A stretch of DNA of 64,000 nucleotides from Cyclobacteriaceae bacterium (GCA_036273935.1 DASUGQ010000118.1:4474-68473); one strand, 5' to 3'. Shown: positions 50,024 to 59,012, numbered from the stretch's first letter. Made by a program: numbers and translations. The notes: generated from the sequence alone by a model not told the origin.

Positions 50024-50329
50024 CTATTGTTCGAATATGATGGAAGATTCAACATTCATAATGGCAAGTGCCTGAAAGCTATTCTTCGCGGTTAGGCTGT
50101 GGATGGTCCCGGCAGGGATAACAATAGCGTCGCCCTGAGTTAGATTTAGTTCCTCACCATTTATGCATAATACTGCTGATCCACGCTGAACGACAACTAC
50201 AACTTCTTGGGTGCTGTGATGTTCAGGCATGTGGATGCCCGGTTCACCGGTCACTCTTAAGACTTTGAGCGATCTTCCCTCCCGGTGTGTCTCAAGTTGA
50301 GGTTTCTTCATTGTTTCCATTTCATTCAC
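50024..50329 (-). CDS. Cupin-domain protein
   Basis: It has 'MPEHHSTQEVVVVVQRGSA' and 'GDAIVIPAGTIHSL'. Confidence 0.7.
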   Translation of the reverse strand: MNEMETMKKPQLETHREGRSLKVLRVTGEPGIHMPEHHSTQEVVVVVQRGSAVLCINGEELNLTQGDAIVIPAGTIHSLTAKNSFQALAIMNVESSIIFEQ

Positions 50330-50472
50330 ACTTTAAGTTCAAACAGAAAATTCATTCTCACCAAATCCTGAGTTAAAAAGGAGATTTGTTTTACCTATGC
50401 AAATATAACGATGAGCGGTTAATAAAGGATATTTTTATCCGATAATATTCAGGTTATTTTGGTTCTGTGGTT

Positions 50473-51153
50473 TTATTGTTCCAAAACAATTTGTGATCTG
50501 GATATGCCAAGGCTTACTAAGTTGTCGACAGTTGCCGCGGTAAATTTTTCAGGACCACATACGTAATAATAATGAGTTTTGTCGCTTACATTTTTTGAGA
50601 GCAATGCCCGGTCAATCTTCCTTCCGGGCCCACGTGATACAGATACTTCGATAACATCGTGATAATTGTGTCCCAGCATTTCCTTCAACTCATGCTGCAG
50701 TATAATATCGCTTTCAGTCGGGTTAGCAAACAAGAGGCAATTGCCGGCCATTTGATTCTGTTTCTTCAGTTCGCTGAAGAATAAATGTCTGAAGATGGCA
50801 ATGAAAGGTGTGATGCCTGTTCCTGCAGCGATGAACAGCCCTGGGCCCTCATACCGAATGGTACCGAAAACCTCATGTACAATCAGTTCGTCTCCCGCTT
50901 GGACATCGAGAAGCTTTTCAGTCATTCCTTGATGACCTGTATAGATCTTTATGATGAACTCCAGGTAGTCCGCATTTGGAAGGCTAGTGAAGGTGAACGG
51001 GCGTAGTTCCTTCTCAAGCATGGTTGTATTTATCGAAATTTCGGTCGCCTGCCCGGGAATAAACGTATAACCCGCTGGTTTTTCTACTTTGAATTGCTTC
51101 ACATTGTGTGTAACAAAGTCCGTTTTTAACACTTTCACAATGTAAGCTTTCAT
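50473..51153 (-). CDS. Ferredoxin-reductase-type FAD/NAD(P)-binding oxidoreductase
   Basis: 'RPFTFTS' is an RxYS-like FAD motif and 'LFIAAGTGITPF' is an NAD motif. The preferred start 'MKAYIV' at 51153 overlaps the DoxX stop (ATGA). Confidence 0.7.
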   Translation of the reverse strand: MKAYIVKVLKTDFVTHNVKQFKVEKPAGYTFIPGQATEISINTTMLEKELRPFTFTSLPNADYLEFIIKIYTGHQGMTEKLLDVQAGDELIVHEVFGTIRYEGPGLFIAAGTGITPFIAIFRHLFFSELKKQNQMAGNCLLFANPTESDIILQHELKEMLGHNYHDVIEVSVSRGPGRKIDRALLSKNVSDKTHYYYVCGPEKFTAATVDNLVSLGISRSQIVLEQ

Positions 51154-51548
51154 GGATGCGCTGTGCTTGTGGACGTCGTAAAAGTTGAAACCTTGGCAAG
51201 TGTAAATGCCCCCACCGCCATCACCAGGTCGCGAACGGCCACATCTAAAAAGGCTCCATTCGTAATTAAGGTAAACGCAATTAGCACAAGCCAGGCGCAA
51301 ACAATGTAGGCGCCTACCAATGGTCTTATGAAAACGAAAATGCCGGCGGCTATCTCGATGATGCCAACCAATATCATAAAAGTGTCCTCAGTGATTGGGA
51401 TGATTCTCGCCAAAGCGGGATTGAGATATTCTTTCCAATCCGTTAAAATATTGAAGAACTTGTCGGCACCAGCCACTACCGGGACAACTCCATAAGTAAT
51501 TTTCAACAATAGCTGAAGGTCATTTAATTTCTTAGTTGTGAAATCCAT
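51150..51548 (-). CDS. DoxX-family membrane protein
   Basis: 132 aa with four hydrophobic helices. 'GADKFFNILTDW' and 'GIIEIAAGIFVF' are typical of the DoxX family. Confidence 0.7.
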   Translation of the reverse strand: MDFTTKKLNDLQLLLKITYGVVPVVAGADKFFNILTDWKEYLNPALARIIPITEDTFMILVGIIEIAAGIFVFIRPLVGAYIVCAWLVLIAFTLITNGAFLDVAVRDLVMAVGAFTLAKVSTFTTSTSTAHP

Positions 51549-51685
51549 GCAATTTTATTTTTAGTTTCTATGTTTTTAGAGAAAGACCTCTAAAAAAGGT
51601 TACAAAATATTTTGGCTGTGTTTTTGTAACGTATCGTGACATTGTTACTCTAATGGTAGGTGGTCAATTAAAGTCATATCGAATC

Positions 51686-52339
51686 ATGGTCAGTGATGAA
51701 GAAATAATAACCCGCATCCTCAATGGTGAAAAGCAATTATATGAAACCCTCATTCGAAAATATAACCAACGGCTATATCGCATTGGACGATCGATTGTGA
51801 ATGATGATGATGAGGTTGAGGATATTATGCAAACGGCATATCTAAACGCCTACCTAAACCTGTCGGGATTTAAGAATGACTCAAGCTTTAGCACCTGGTT
51901 GACGAGCATACTGGTCAATGAATGCCTGCTTCATAAAAAAAGAAATGCGAAATTCAGGAGAATACTCTTGGAGAGGCAGAACGAAACACATCATTTGGAG
52001 ACGCCACTTGCTGGACTTATGAACAACGAATTGAAAGGACTATTGGAGAAGTCCATTGCGGACCTACCCGTAAAATACCGCTTGATATTTGTGATGCGGG
52101 AGGTGGAGGGAATGAGTACCAAAGAAACAATGGAAGCGCTAAACTTGACTGAATCGAATGTGAAGGTAAGATTAAACCGTGCCAAGGAGATGCTTCGCGA
52201 AAGTTTATGTGGTCAAGATAGATATTCGGGAGTATATGATTTCCACCTTTCGAGATGCGACAATTTGGTACGCCGCGTTATGGAGCAAGTCAATTTCATT
52301 TCTTCCATTTCTGGTAAACCTCCGGTACTTTTCGGATAG
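51686..52339 (+). CDS. ECF-type RNA polymerase sigma-70 family factor with a short C-terminal extension
   Basis: It has region 2 'YRIGRSIVNDDDEVEDIMQTAYLNAY' and region 4 'MSTKETMEALNLTESNVKVRLNRAKEMLR'. No anti-sigma gene follows it. Confidence 0.85.
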   Translation: MVSDEEIITRILNGEKQLYETLIRKYNQRLYRIGRSIVNDDDEVEDIMQTAYLNAYLNLSGFKNDSSFSTWLTSILVNECLLHKKRNAKFRRILLERQNETHHLETPLAGLMNNELKGLLEKSIADLPVKYRLIFVMREVEGMSTKETMEALNLTESNVKVRLNRAKEMLRESLCGQDRYSGVYDFHLSRCDNLVRRVMEQVNFISSISGKPPVLFG

Positions 52340-52492
52340 CCGATAAGACGTATAATTAAGGGGGAATCGAATTTGAACTAGCGTCGTTAATTCTTATTCT
52401 AATGTTGATCGAAGCTGAACATCCGTTCCGCAGGCGAGGGCTAAAGCAAGGTCTCTCCCTTGACAGGATATGAGTTAGAGTAACACATGATT

Positions 52493-52693
52493 TTACCGGT
52501 TGGTTTTGGTGACAGCATTAATTATATGTTGTCTGACTACCGGGATTGTCAAACAAATGATGGCTAACAGCAGCAAGAAAGGGAGTAGCATTGCTAGTAC
52601 CACTATGATCGCTGTCCCCGTTCTTGCCACGCACTGAAGCTCTTCCGGAGTTGCCTCGCAGTCCTCGGTTGACCACTGCTCTTGTTCTGCCAT
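52493..52693 (-). CDS. Possible small membrane protein downstream of rnk-like gene 1
   Basis: An internal start 'MAEQEQW...' lies in the 132-aa track ORF, with one helix 'AIIVVLAMLLPFLLLLAIICLTI'. The upstream part of the track ORF overlaps the rnk-like gene. Confidence 0.3.
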   Translation of the reverse strand: MAEQEQWSTEDCEATPEELQCVARTGTAIIVVLAMLLPFLLLLAIICLTIPVVRQHIINAVTKTNR

Positions 52694-52721
52694 TACTTTG
52701 TACCTAAACCGAAAGTTTTCT

Positions 52722-53138
52722 TTACAAATGAAAATCTCCTGCGGATTCGGGCTGATAGACGATCTTATCCACCCTGAACCTTCCAGTGACTTGTGGCATC
52801 TTCCACGACGCCACATCGCCGACTCTGCGGCCAAGAAGCGCCGCACCGATTGGTGAAAAAAGTGACACCTTTCGCTGGCGGCTGTCTGCATCTTGCGGAT
52901 AAGTAACAGTCATATTTATTCTCCTTCCGCTGGACATATCAGTCAGCAGAACGCGTGAGTTCATGGTGACGACGTCGCCGGAAATGTTCTCAGAGGGCAA
53001 CAGTTGTGCCCCTTTTAACTCTCCCAGTATGCGATCAACCAAGTCAGGTATTTTTGTCTTCAGCGCGGCAAACTCGATAAGGCCAATAATTCGTTTGTAG
53101 TCATTGATGGTTACATACGTACGTTTTTGAATCATCAT
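52722..53138 (-). CDS. rnk: GreA/GreB-family protein, Rnk-like (regulator of nucleoside diphosphate kinase)
   Basis: 'VTMNSRVLLTDMSSGRRINMTVTYPQDAD...KVSLFSPIGAALLGRRVGDVASW' is a GreA C-terminal-like domain. It is a paralog of 57982-58410. Confidence 0.8.
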   Translation of the reverse strand: MMIQKRTYVTINDYKRIIGLIEFAALKTKIPDLVDRILGELKGAQLLPSENISGDVVTMNSRVLLTDMSSGRRINMTVTYPQDADSRQRKVSLFSPIGAALLGRRVGDVASWKMPQVTGRFRVDKIVYQPESAGDFHL

Positions 53139-53176
53139 TTCTTTTACTCTTCTTGATATTACAATGGATATCGTTA

Positions 53177-53192
53177 TGCACTATCCGTGCCA
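53177..53192 (-). promoter_or_regulatory. Sigma-54 (-24/-12) promoter upstream of rnk-like gene 1
   Basis: The minus strand reads tTGGCACGgataGTGCAt against the consensus TGGCACG-N4-TTGCW. The GG and GC elements have correct spacing. The site is about 40 nt upstream of the ATG at 53138. Confidence 0.65.
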
Positions 53193-53423
53193 ATTAGACG
53201 TCTCGTGAGAAGTAGTCTGTAACATCATTCTTCCCGAGTTGCATGAGTAAAATCATCCCGGTGTATCGAAAATCTCCGCTTAAACTGACCACAGTAAACA
53301 ATTTGCTTAGAATTTTTTGCTTGTCGTTCAATTCTTTGGGGTTAAATAGATTAAGTATACGCCCACCTTGGAGGTCATAATCTATGGTACTTTACCGCAT
53401 GGATCGCACTAAGCGGGTTTCAT

Positions 53424-54032
53424 TTATTCTGATTGATAGGACTCCTCGATCCAAGATATGTCTACTTCAATTTCCAATGGAATTTCTGTAGTTGATCGAG
53501 GGCTTGAATTGTAGTGCTGGTTTTCATGCGCATCATCTTTGACCTTACGATGGGGCTTTAACATCGGATTCGCGTAATAAATTGTTTCGATCCCGACCTC
53601 TTTGAGCACACCCAAACACATCGTACAAGGCCGGCGACTTGTGTAGAGTATACTACCCTCAAGAGACAGCATGTTTAGATATTTGCTGGCCGCGCGCACA
53701 GCTTCTATTTCGGCATGGGCCGTTGGATCGCCACTGTACAATGCCCTGTCCCAACCTTCACCGATTACCTCGTTATTCATGACGACTAAACTACCAGCCC
53801 GAATCCTGTACCCATCCTCCAGCGCCTGTTGACCGATGGCCATTGCCCGTATCATAAAAGTTGTGTCCTGGCTAGTCATCCGCTTTTGGTAGAACATGAC
53901 TTTTTTGTTTCGTTCCTGGTCGTGACTAATGGATCGTTCAGCATTGCTGTGTGCATAAATGCTAAACCCAATCACTGCGACCAGTAGCATGAAACTAACG
54001 AAATGCAAATTCTTTTTCAGGAAGTTGTTCAT
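53424..54032 (-). CDS. CMP/dCMP-type zinc deaminase (TadA/guanine-deaminase-like) with an N-terminal transmembrane anchor
   Basis: It has the zinc motifs 'HAEIEAV' and 'PCTMCLG' and the helix 'HFVSFMLLVAVIGFSIYA'. The ATG at 54032 lies 4 nt after the acnA stop. Confidence 0.7.
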   Translation of the reverse strand: MNNFLKKNLHFVSFMLLVAVIGFSIYAHSNAERSISHDQERNKKVMFYQKRMTSQDTTFMIRAMAIGQQALEDGYRIRAGSLVVMNNEVIGEGWDRALYSGDPTAHAEIEAVRAASKYLNMLSLEGSILYTSRRPCTMCLGVLKEVGIETIYYANPMLKPHRKVKDDAHENQHYNSSPRSTTEIPLEIEVDISWIEESYQSE

Positions 54033-54036
54033 GTCG

Positions 54037-56817
54037 CTATACTTCTGATTGCGTAAGGAATTGTCGCAGTACATATTGCAGGATTCCGCCATGCCGGAAG
54101 TACTCGATCTCGATTAATGAATCCAAACGGGCAATAACTTCGAAGTTGATTTCTTGCCCATCCTGTTGGTGAGCCGATACATGAATTTTCTTTAGCGGTT
54201 CAAGCCCGTTCGCTATACCTGTTACGGTAAAGACCTCCCCCCCCGTCAACCCCAATTTTTTTGCAGAATCCCCGTTGAGATACTCAAGCGGCAAGACGCC
54301 CATCTCGACCAAATTGCTCCGGTGAATTCGTTCATAACTTTCGGCAAGAACTGCTTTTATGCCGAGCAAGAGCGTGCCTTTTGCCGCCCAATCCCTTGAT
54401 GAACCACTGCCATACTCCCTTCCAGCCAGCACGATCAAAGGTGTGTGTTCACGCCGATAATTCATTGCCGCATCATAAACCGGCATTTCCTTCCCAGAAG
54501 GTAAATGCGTGGTGTAACCACCCTCTCGTTGAGCGAGTGAATTTTTTATACGCACGTTGGCGAAAGTGCCCCGCACCATTACCTCATCATTGCCCCTCCT
54601 TGAACCATAGGAATTGAAGTTCTCTTTTTTTACGCCCTGCGCAATCAGGTATTGTCCTGCCGGGGTCGATTCGCTAAACTGGCCAGCGGGTGAAATATGA
54701 TCCGTCGTGATGCTATCGCCCAGTACAAGCAGTGCTCTTGCCTGTAAGATATCGTCGAGGGCATCCGGAGTCTTGTCTATGCCGCTAAGAAAAGGGGCCT
54801 GCTTAATGTAAGTGGATGACTCTTCCCACCTGTACAACTTATCATCGGACGCCTCCAGATCTCTCCACAACGTATTGCCCGTAAATATTTCCGAATAGTT
54901 TCTGGCAAAGTCAGCCGGGGAAAGCACGGTGCTCATAACTTCATTGATCTCGTCATCGGTCGGCCAGATATCTTTTAAGTAAACAGGTTTCTGGTTTGGA
55001 TCAAGGGTCAGTGGCTCATGAACAATGTCAATGTCGACTCGACCCGCGATCGCAAATGCCACGACCAGCATAGGAGACATCAGAAAATTCATTTTGACCT
55101 GGGGATGGATTCTCGCCTCAAAATTTCGGTTCCCGGAAAGCACGGATGCAACCACGAGGTTGTGTTGTTCTACTGCCTGTGCGATGAAAGGCGGCAATGG
55201 ACCTGAGTTGCCAATGCAGGATGTACAGCCATAGCCTACTACGTGAAATTGTAGCGCAGCAAGATCATTCAACAAGCCAGCCTTTTCAAGGTAGCCAGTC
55301 ACTACTTTGGATCCGGGAGCGAGAGATGCCTTTACCCAGGGTTTAATGTCGACACCTCGCGCTCGCGCTTTTCTGGCTACCAATCCCGCACCGATCATCA
55401 CGAAAGGATTTGATGTATTAGTGCAGGACGTAATGGCAGCTATAGCAACGGCGCCATCGGCGACCATGAATTTTTCATCACCCATGTTCACCCAAACTGA
55501 CTTAATCCCATCAATCTCCTTTTCTTCTATCTTGGTTTCCGGCGGGAGTGCAGGTGATGATGGAACTACCTGGCTTCCTCCTTCAGCAAACCACCGCGCT
55601 AATTGGTCGGGTGGTTGCACGTACCTTCGTCCGAACGATTCGTGTAAATGATCAATGAACGTTGATTTTAAGTTCGTTAAAGATATTTTATCCTGGGGAC
55701 GCTTCGGCCCGGCGACCGTTGGCTCGATGCTGGCAAGATCAAGTTCCAATACCTTGGAATAAGAGATGTCTTCTTTGCCGGTCCGCCACAACATGTTGAC
55801 TTGGCAATATTTTTCGACAAGATCAATTTGCTCTTCTGAGCGGCTGGTCTGTCGCATATATTCAAGCGTCTTATTATCGATCGGAAAAAAGGTTATCGTG
55901 CAACCAAATTCAGGGGACATGTTTCCTATAGTGGCTCGGTCAGGTACAGATAGGTAGTCAACCCCCTCCCCAAAAACCTCAACAAATTTCCCAACCACTC
56001 CCGCGCTCCTTAAACGTTCGGCAATGGTGAGAACAAGGTCGGTGGCGTTGGATCCTGCAGGGAGCCTGTTCGTTAGTTTCAGGCCTATTACCTGAGGCAT
56101 AATGAAATAGATCGGCTGCCCGAGTATTGCAGCTTCAGCTTCGATGCCGCCAACTCCCCATGCCAACACCCCAATTCCATTAACCATTGGCGTGTGGCTG
56201 TCGGTGCCTACCAGCGTGTCCGGGAATATTTCTCCATTTCTTTCGACAACACCCTTCGATAAGTATTCCAGGTTGACTTGATGACAAATACCCATACCCG
56301 GAGGAACCACACTGAAGTTATTGAATGATCGTTGTGCCCACTTCAAAAATCGGTAGCGCTCCTGGTTACGCTCGTATTCTTTTTCTATATTCTTTGCATA
56401 CGCATAATCGGCTCCGAAATAATCTACTTGCACGGAATGGTCAACAATAAGGTCAACCGGGATTAGTGGGTTTATCTTTATAGGATCTATTCCTTTCCTT
56501 GCAGCTTCGGCCCGTAAAGAGGCGATGTCCACCACTGCCGGCACTCCGGTAAAATCCTGCATCAGAACACGGGAGGGTTTAAACGGAATATCCTTGTCCG
56601 ATCCGGTTGGTTTCCACTGAAGAATTGTCTCTATGTTTTCTTCGGTCACCGTGAAGTTGTCGAAGTTGCGGATTGCGTTCTCGAGTAAGATACGGATGGA
56701 GAACGGTAGCCTGCTGATATCATATCCCTGTGATTCAAGTTCCGCCAAGGAATAATAGCCGAGGCTACCTCGACTGGTTTTAAGGACCTTTTTTATTTGA
56801 TATGGATTATTGGACAT
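54037..56817 (-). CDS. acnA: Aconitate hydratase A
   Basis: 926 aa with AcnA/IRP-type blocks: 'VLMQDFTGVPAVVDIA', 'VGTDSHTPMVNG', 'ITSCTNTSNP', 'GCTSCIGNSGPL' and 'GSSRDWAAKG'. Confidence 0.95.
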   Translation of the reverse strand: MSNNPYQIKKVLKTSRGSLGYYSLAELESQGYDISRLPFSIRILLENAIRNFDNFTVTEENIETILQWKPTGSDKDIPFKPSRVLMQDFTGVPAVVDIASLRAEAARKGIDPIKINPLIPVDLIVDHSVQVDYFGADYAYAKNIEKEYERNQERYRFLKWAQRSFNNFSVVPPGMGICHQVNLEYLSKGVVERNGEIFPDTLVGTDSHTPMVNGIGVLAWGVGGIEAEAAILGQPIYFIMPQVIGLKLTNRLPAGSNATDLVLTIAERLRSAGVVGKFVEVFGEGVDYLSVPDRATIGNMSPEFGCTITFFPIDNKTLEYMRQTSRSEEQIDLVEKYCQVNMLWRTGKEDISYSKVLELDLASIEPTVAGPKRPQDKISLTNLKSTFIDHLHESFGRRYVQPPDQLARWFAEGGSQVVPSSPALPPETKIEEKEIDGIKSVWVNMGDEKFMVADGAVAIAAITSCTNTSNPFVMIGAGLVARKARARGVDIKPWVKASLAPGSKVVTGYLEKAGLLNDLAALQFHVVGYGCTSCIGNSGPLPPFIAQAVEQHNLVVASVLSGNRNFEARIHPQVKMNFLMSPMLVVAFAIAGRVDIDIVHEPLTLDPNQKPVYLKDIWPTDDEINEVMSTVLSPADFARNYSEIFTGNTLWRDLEASDDKLYRWEESSTYIKQAPFLSGIDKTPDALDDILQARALLVLGDSITTDHISPAGQFSESTPAGQYLIAQGVKKENFNSYGSRRGNDEVMVRGTFANVRIKNSLAQREGGYTTHLPSGKEMPVYDAAMNYRREHTPLIVLAGREYGSGSSRDWAAKGTLLLGIKAVLAESYERIHRSNLVEMGVLPLEYLNGDSAKKLGLTGGEVFTVTGIANGLEPLKKIHVSAHQQDGQEINFEVIARLDSLIEIEYFRHGGILQYVLRQFLTQSEV

Positions 56818-56819
56818 AG

Positions 56820-57560
56820 CTAAGAATATTTATTAATGTGTGTATCCACTGGTGTCAGCAGATGTTTTTGTTTTACAACACTCATTTTACTCTGTCGGTT
56901 GATCGGGAGTTTGCTATCCTGTTTGGATCTTGTCGGAACGGTTAACAGTTCAACGACCTCTTCGTCTGTTAGGGCATTTGAATTCAAGTAAGTCCTTTGG
57001 ACCGTATCCTCATTGGCTATGTGAATAAATGTTGTCGCGTCAGCGTGTTTTATGACGATTTGGGCGACGCTATGTGTGATTGCCGGTGAAGTAACAATAA
57101 TCCGTTCAGGCTGCTGTCTTCGAATTAATTTCAGCAAACAAAGGATTTCGGTGCAGCTTTGTATTAGATCATCAACAATGATTACCGTCTTGCTCTGGAA
57201 ATCAAAAGAGATCGGACTATGAACACCTGGGTACCTACACAACAGTTCAGATTGTAACCTTCGAACATTACGATAAAGAAAGTCTTGAGGAACATCTCTG
57301 CCTGCGCTCTCCACAACTGCATGGTTGAAGCCAACCACTCCGATTGATCGGGAGCAGTCACCTGGATCTTCAATCCTTATGCTTGGCATGAAGATCAAAT
57401 CGCAGCTCAACCGTCTCGATAGAGGGATGGCGATAGGCAGTGCGCCATTCGACATAGCGATGACGCAGCAGTCTTGGAGACTATACCGATCGAAGCTGGG
57501 AGCCAATTTGCTGAAAGCGGCTTCCCGGTCTCGGAATAAATATTTGCGCCGACTAGTCAT
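56820..57560 (-). CDS. Phosphoribosyltransferase-family protein
   Basis: It has a PRPP-binding-type loop 'TVIIVDDLIQSCTE'. Its stop is 2 nt before the acnA start. Confidence 0.65.
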   Translation of the reverse strand: MTSRRKYLFRDREAAFSKLAPSFDRYSLQDCCVIAMSNGALPIAIPLSRRLSCDLIFMPSIRIEDPGDCSRSIGVVGFNHAVVESAGRDVPQDFLYRNVRRLQSELLCRYPGVHSPISFDFQSKTVIIVDDLIQSCTEILCLLKLIRRQQPERIIVTSPAITHSVAQIVIKHADATTFIHIANEDTVQRTYLNSNALTDEEVVELLTVPTRSKQDSKLPINRQSKMSVVKQKHLLTPVDTHINKYS

Positions 57561-57601
57561 ACGATAGTAGTATTTGCCACGATCCGTGCAGTCAATTGTT
57601 A

Positions 57602-57937
57602 TTATAGTTTCAAATCCTTTTTATATGCCGTGCTTAACGGCACCCTTTGATAATTGCTTTTCCTGCGGGACATCTGTTGTTTGAGTGCTTCGCAGGTTCT
57701 CAGGATGGCCTCTTCGAATGAATGACTTTGCTTGCTTGCGAAGAGATCATATCCAGGGACAACCAATCTGATCTGACAGAACTTATTGTCTCTTGTGGCT
57801 GACCTGTCGAATCTTAAACTCATTTGAGCTTCTATGATCTGTTCGCTATATTGCCCTAGCTTGCCTAGCTTTTCTTCAGCAAAATCAAGCAGTTTTTCAT
57901 CTGGATGAAATGATAGTGTTTGAATGTCAATTTTCAT
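57602..57937 (-). CDS. hpf: Ribosome hibernation promoting factor / RaiA family (short form)
   Basis: 'MKIDIQTLSFHPDEKLLDFAEEKLGKLGQY' is typical of the HPF/YfiA N-terminus. Confidence 0.85.
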   Translation of the reverse strand: MKIDIQTLSFHPDEKLLDFAEEKLGKLGQYSEQIIEAQMSLRFDRSATRDNKFCQIRLVVPGYDLFASKQSHSFEEAILRTCEALKQQMSRRKSNYQRVPLSTAYKKDLKL

Positions 57938-57981
57938 GTTTCGTCTTTAGCTTGTGATAAATCCATTTGATGATTACTTCT

Positions 57982-58410
57982 CTAAAGTGAATAGTCACCC
58001 ACCGCCTCCGGCTGATAGGTGACCATAAGAATCTCAAACCGTTTATTGCCTTTTGGTGTATCCCATGAGGTGATGTCGCCAACCTGCTTACCGATTAACG
58101 CAGCGCCTACCCGTGAAAATACGGAGACCTTTCTTTTGAGGTTGTCGGCATCCTGAGGATAAGTTATAGTGAGCTCGGCTTCTCTGTTACTTGACGTTTC
58201 CTTAAGAAAGACCCGTGAGTTCATTGTGACGACGTTTCTTGGTATGCGCTCCTGTGGAACCATCTCAGCCTTAGCTAGCTCCTTGTACAAATGCGCAGCG
58301 AATTCCGGCAACCTGGTTTTCGATGGGGCAGACTCCATTAAATTCATTAATCGTTGATAGTCGTTGGTTGTTATTATCATTCTGTTCTTCATATCATTCA
58401 TAGTTATCAT
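57982..58410 (-). CDS. rnk: GreA/GreB-family protein, Rnk-like (second paralog)
   Basis: It has 'VTMNSRVFLKETSSNREAELTITYPQDAD...KVSVFSRVGAALIGKQVGDITSW'. The start may instead be 58392 ('MKNRMIITT'). Confidence 0.8.
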   Translation of the reverse strand: MITMNDMKNRMIITTNDYQRLMNLMESAPSKTRLPEFAAHLYKELAKAEMVPQERIPRNVVTMNSRVFLKETSSNREAELTITYPQDADNLKRKVSVFSRVGAALIGKQVGDITSWDTPKGNKRFEILMVTYQPEAVGDYSL

Positions 58411-58422
58411 TAATACCAGCTG

Positions 58423-58439
58423 TTATCCGTGACGGATAA
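58423..58439. promoter_or_regulatory. 17-bp palindrome TTATCCGTGACGGATAA upstream of the rnk2-hpf-prt-acnA unit; candidate operator
   Basis: It has perfect 7-bp arms around a 3-nt centre and lies 13-45 nt upstream of the candidate starts. Confidence 0.4.
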
Positions 58440-58526
58440 TAGCAGATTGGCGGGGTCTAATCCCCCCGATAAAGTTTTAATTGTTGCTTAAGGGATTGGG
58501 TCGTTGTCTACGGTTATTCAGCGTAC

Positions 58527-58952
58527 TCACCTGAGTGAGACCGCAAGGTCTACCTTTGCGGTGCCTCCATCATAGAGCCTTGAAACCGGACAATTTGATT
58601 TTGTGATTGCTGCCAGCTCCTGGAGTGTGTCGATACTTAGTTCTGGACAATCCACTTTGCAATCCAACGCAATCTTGGTGATGCTTGGCCCAATGTCATC
58701 TTTGTCAAGGGTAACAACCGCGTTGGTTGTGATGCTCGCAGGAATAAGGCCTTCCTTAGACAAAAGCAAAGCGAGATACATGGAAAAGCAACCCGCATGT
58801 GCTGCTCCTAACAAATCTTCCGGACTGCAACCAGGGGCGTTTTCAAAACGGGACGCGAATGTATAAGGAACTTCGTTTTTGTTAAATACCATTTTGCCAC
58901 CACCATTCTTGATAGTACCGTTCCATTGCGCCTTTGAATTTGTCGTTGCCAT
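58527..58952 (-). CDS. osmC: OsmC peroxiredoxin
   Basis: It is collinear with E. coli OsmC: 'AQWNGTIKNGGG', 'PEDLLGAAHAGCFSMYL', 'ITKIALDCKV' and 'NCPVS'. Confidence 0.85.
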   Translation of the reverse strand: MATTNSKAQWNGTIKNGGGKMVFNKNEVPYTFASRFENAPGCSPEDLLGAAHAGCFSMYLALLLSKEGLIPASITTNAVVTLDKDDIGPSITKIALDCKVDCPELSIDTLQELAAITKSNCPVSRLYDGGTAKVDLAVSLR

Positions 58953-59012
58953 TGGTTGGTTATTGATTTGTTGATTTTAATTATTGAAAATATAAAAAGT
59001 TGTTTGCCGCCT

